Of a stretch of 17,605 bases of DNA, positions 16,029 to 17,605 are shown piece by piece. Position numbers and translations under genes: made by a program. Below the pieces are notes generated by a model. The model worked only from the letters and a program-made list of their open reading frames with translations, was not told where the DNA came from and made no database searches. Where the stretch lies: the NCBI GenBank assembly GCA_019058015.1, contig JAHLWH010000106.1, positions 1 to 17,605 on the forward strand, read 5' to 3'. Position 1 is the first letter of the stretch. Every line of letters starts with the position of its first letter. This stretch comes from Promethearchaeota archaeon. GTDB taxonomy: Archaea; Asgardarchaeota; Lokiarchaeia; Sigyniarchaeales; SOKP01.

Positions 16029-17135
16029 TTAAAAGAAAGAGAATCTTCTGGATTTAGATTTGGGATTATATTGCCCAACTAATCCTGGTAATTTTTCCCC
16101 GCAATTACCACATTTATTGCCATCTTTTAAATTAATTTTGGTAAAACTATATCCTGAACGCCCCAATACCAAACTATCACAATTGGGGCAGTAGGAATTT
16201 TCGCCTTCGGGATGTCTCATATTCCCTACATATACATAATAAAGCCCCACTTCTTTTGCAATATTATAGGCTTTATCTAAAATCTCATAGGAAGTTCTTT
16301 TTTCTGACATTTTAAATGTGGGATAATATGCTGAGAAATGTAATGGTGTTTCGGGACCCAAATTATCCTTTACCCATTTTACCAATGCTCTAATCTCCTC
16401 CAAATTATCATTCTGGTTAGGGATTATTAAGTTAGTTGTTTCAATATGCATTCCAGCTTTTTTCCATCTTACACAAGTATCTAAAACGGGTTGCAAGAAG
16501 GGAACTCCACACAATTCTTTATAAAACTTGTCGGTAAAGGCTTTGATATCCACATTTGCAGCATCCATATATTTCACTAGTTCGGCAGATGCTTCTGGTG
16601 TTGAATATCCATTTGTCACAAGGATATTAAGTATATCGTTTTCGTGCGCAAGTTTCGCCACATCTATTATAAATTCATGCCAAATTAAGGGTTCATTATA
16701 AGTGTATGCGATTGTCTCCGCTCCACTATCAATTACTTTTTTTATCAATTTTTCTGGAGTTGTTTCATATAACCCCATACCTTTTCCTTCAAGTTCCTGA
16801 ATATCGAAGTATCCACTTTTTCCATTTTCTGTGGGAGTGCATTGTGAAATATTCCAATTTTGGCAATGTTTACACGTAAAATTACACCCTATTGAGGCAA
16901 TAGAATAAGCAATTGCTCCCGGCCAGAAATTATATAGTGGTTTTTTCTCAATTGGGTCTAAACTTCCCGGCGAAATCATTGACCCGTAAATTAATGTATA
17001 CATTTCACCCTCTATATTCATTCTGGTTCTACAAAACCCTCTTTTTCCTGGAGCTCTGACACATCTCCATGCGCATACATTACATTTAACTTTATTATCT
17101 TCTAATTTTTCCCATAGAATTGCTTGTTTTTTCAT
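16029..17135 (-). CDS. amrS: AmmeMemoRadiSam system radical SAM enzyme
   Basis: N-terminal 'CNVCAWRC...GFCRTR'; 'DPIEKKPLYNFWPG'; radical SAM 'GCNFTCKHCQNWNISQ'; 'IAYTYNEP'; 'VTNGY'; 'ANVDIKAF'; 'PLHFSAYYP'; 'YVYVGN'; C-terminal CPNC and CGNC motifs. Confidence 0.93.
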   Translation of the reverse strand: MKKQAILWEKLEDNKVKCNVCAWRCVRAPGKRGFCRTRMNIEGEMYTLIYGSMISPGSLDPIEKKPLYNFWPGAIAYSIASIGCNFTCKHCQNWNISQCTPTENGKSGYFDIQELEGKGMGLYETTPEKLIKKVIDSGAETIAYTYNEPLIWHEFIIDVAKLAHENDILNILVTNGYSTPEASAELVKYMDAANVDIKAFTDKFYKELCGVPFLQPVLDTCVRWKKAGMHIETTNLIIPNQNDNLEEIRALVKWVKDNLGPETPLHFSAYYPTFKMSEKRTSYEILDKAYNIAKEVGLYYVYVGNMRHPEGENSYCPNCDSLVLGRSGYSFTKINLKDGNKCGNCGEKLPGLVGQYNPKSKSRRFSFF

Positions 17136-17255
17136 TTCCTACTCAAATTTTCTCTCTTTATTTTTCCATTCAATCAAATATATTATTGATAATTTTTTTT
17201 ATATTTTTAATTGTCTTTTTTATAAATTTTATAGGAATAATTGATAAAAACATTT

Positions 17256-17605
17256 ATGTCTAAAAATTTATCTGAAATCTCTAAGAAAGAATTGTTAAAA
17301 CAAATTAAAAGCTTGAAATTAGAATTAGAAGAATTAAAAAAGGAAGAGAGTAAATTAGATTATATTCATAAACTATACGATTTAGCACTACTTCAATCAG
17401 AGAATCACCAATTCGATGATTCTATAAAAAATTTAGAAGAGTGCTTGAAATATTATGAGACTATTCCCGATAATTTAGGAAAATCATCTATTTTCGGTTC
17501 TTTAGGAGTGGTTTGTTATTTAAATGAGGATTATATTAAGTCTCAAAAAAATTATCAAAGTGCTCTTGAGTTATATGAGAAGTTAAATCTTAAGCATGAA
17601 CAAAT
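17256..17605 (+). CDS. Tetratricopeptide-repeat protein, 3' end outside the window
   Basis: Not in the ORF track. ATG 17256 stays open to the edge: MSKNLSEISKKELLKQIKSLKLELEELKKEESKLDYIHKLYDLALLQSENHQFDDSIKNLEECLKYYETIPDNLGKSSIFGSLGVVCYLNEDYIKSQKNYQSALELYEKLNLKHEQ. Two roughly 40-aa TPR units (LA/LG..........A/CL..Y) follow a short coiled coil. Confidence 0.82.
   Translation, partial: MSKNLSEISKKELLKQIKSLKLELEELKKEESKLDYIHKLYDLALLQSENHQFDDSIKNLEECLKYYETIPDNLGKSSIFGSLGVVCYLNEDYIKSQKNYQSALELYEKLNLKHEQ

Noticed and set aside
947-17135. Selenocysteine/pyrrolysine read-through or programmed frameshifts
   Set aside because: The recognisable enzymes appear full length with Cys at the catalytic positions. 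The TGA/TAG stops (3681, 8272, 11416, 15577) sit at plausible C-termini, and those I read through (3681, 11416, 15577) hit another stop within a few codons.
1-17605. CRISPR array, IS/transposase, integrase, tRNA or rRNA
   Set aside because: No regularly spaced repeats, terminal inverted repeats with a transposase, or GC-rich structured RNA segments were seen by eye. A covariance-model search was not run.

Overview
AT-rich (roughly 30% GC by eye) archaeal chromosomal segment. The archaeal-type ACS beta and CODH epsilon genes, GAGGT/GTGA ribosome-binding sites, TATA-like boxes, oligo-T terminators and many orphan hypotheticals suggest Asgard archaea (Lokiarchaeia/Promethearchaeota); this assignment is inference. 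Left to right: a partial CX5R dual-specificity phosphatase missed by the ORF track (<1..324, -); a 148-aa hypothetical ending in an acidic tail plus HbYX-like 'GYYI'; a cytoplasmic DMSO-reductase-superfamily molybdopterin oxidoreductase; a flavodoxin; a membrane protein + ArsR-like wHTH operon behind a perfect 13-bp inverted repeat; a stand-alone cdhB-cdhC pair; a candidate 25-aa 'CCC + TM helix' micropeptide (not in the ORF track); a 96-aa hypothetical; a membrane-bound alpha/beta hydrolase; a YprB/RNase H-like exonuclease; a 99-aa hypothetical; PfkB kinase + GlpD-type dehydrogenase + membrane protein; a small Cys-motif protein; the AmmeMemoRadiSam radical SAM enzyme; and a partial TPR protein (17256..>17605, +). 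No rRNA, tRNA, CRISPR array or mobile element was recognised.
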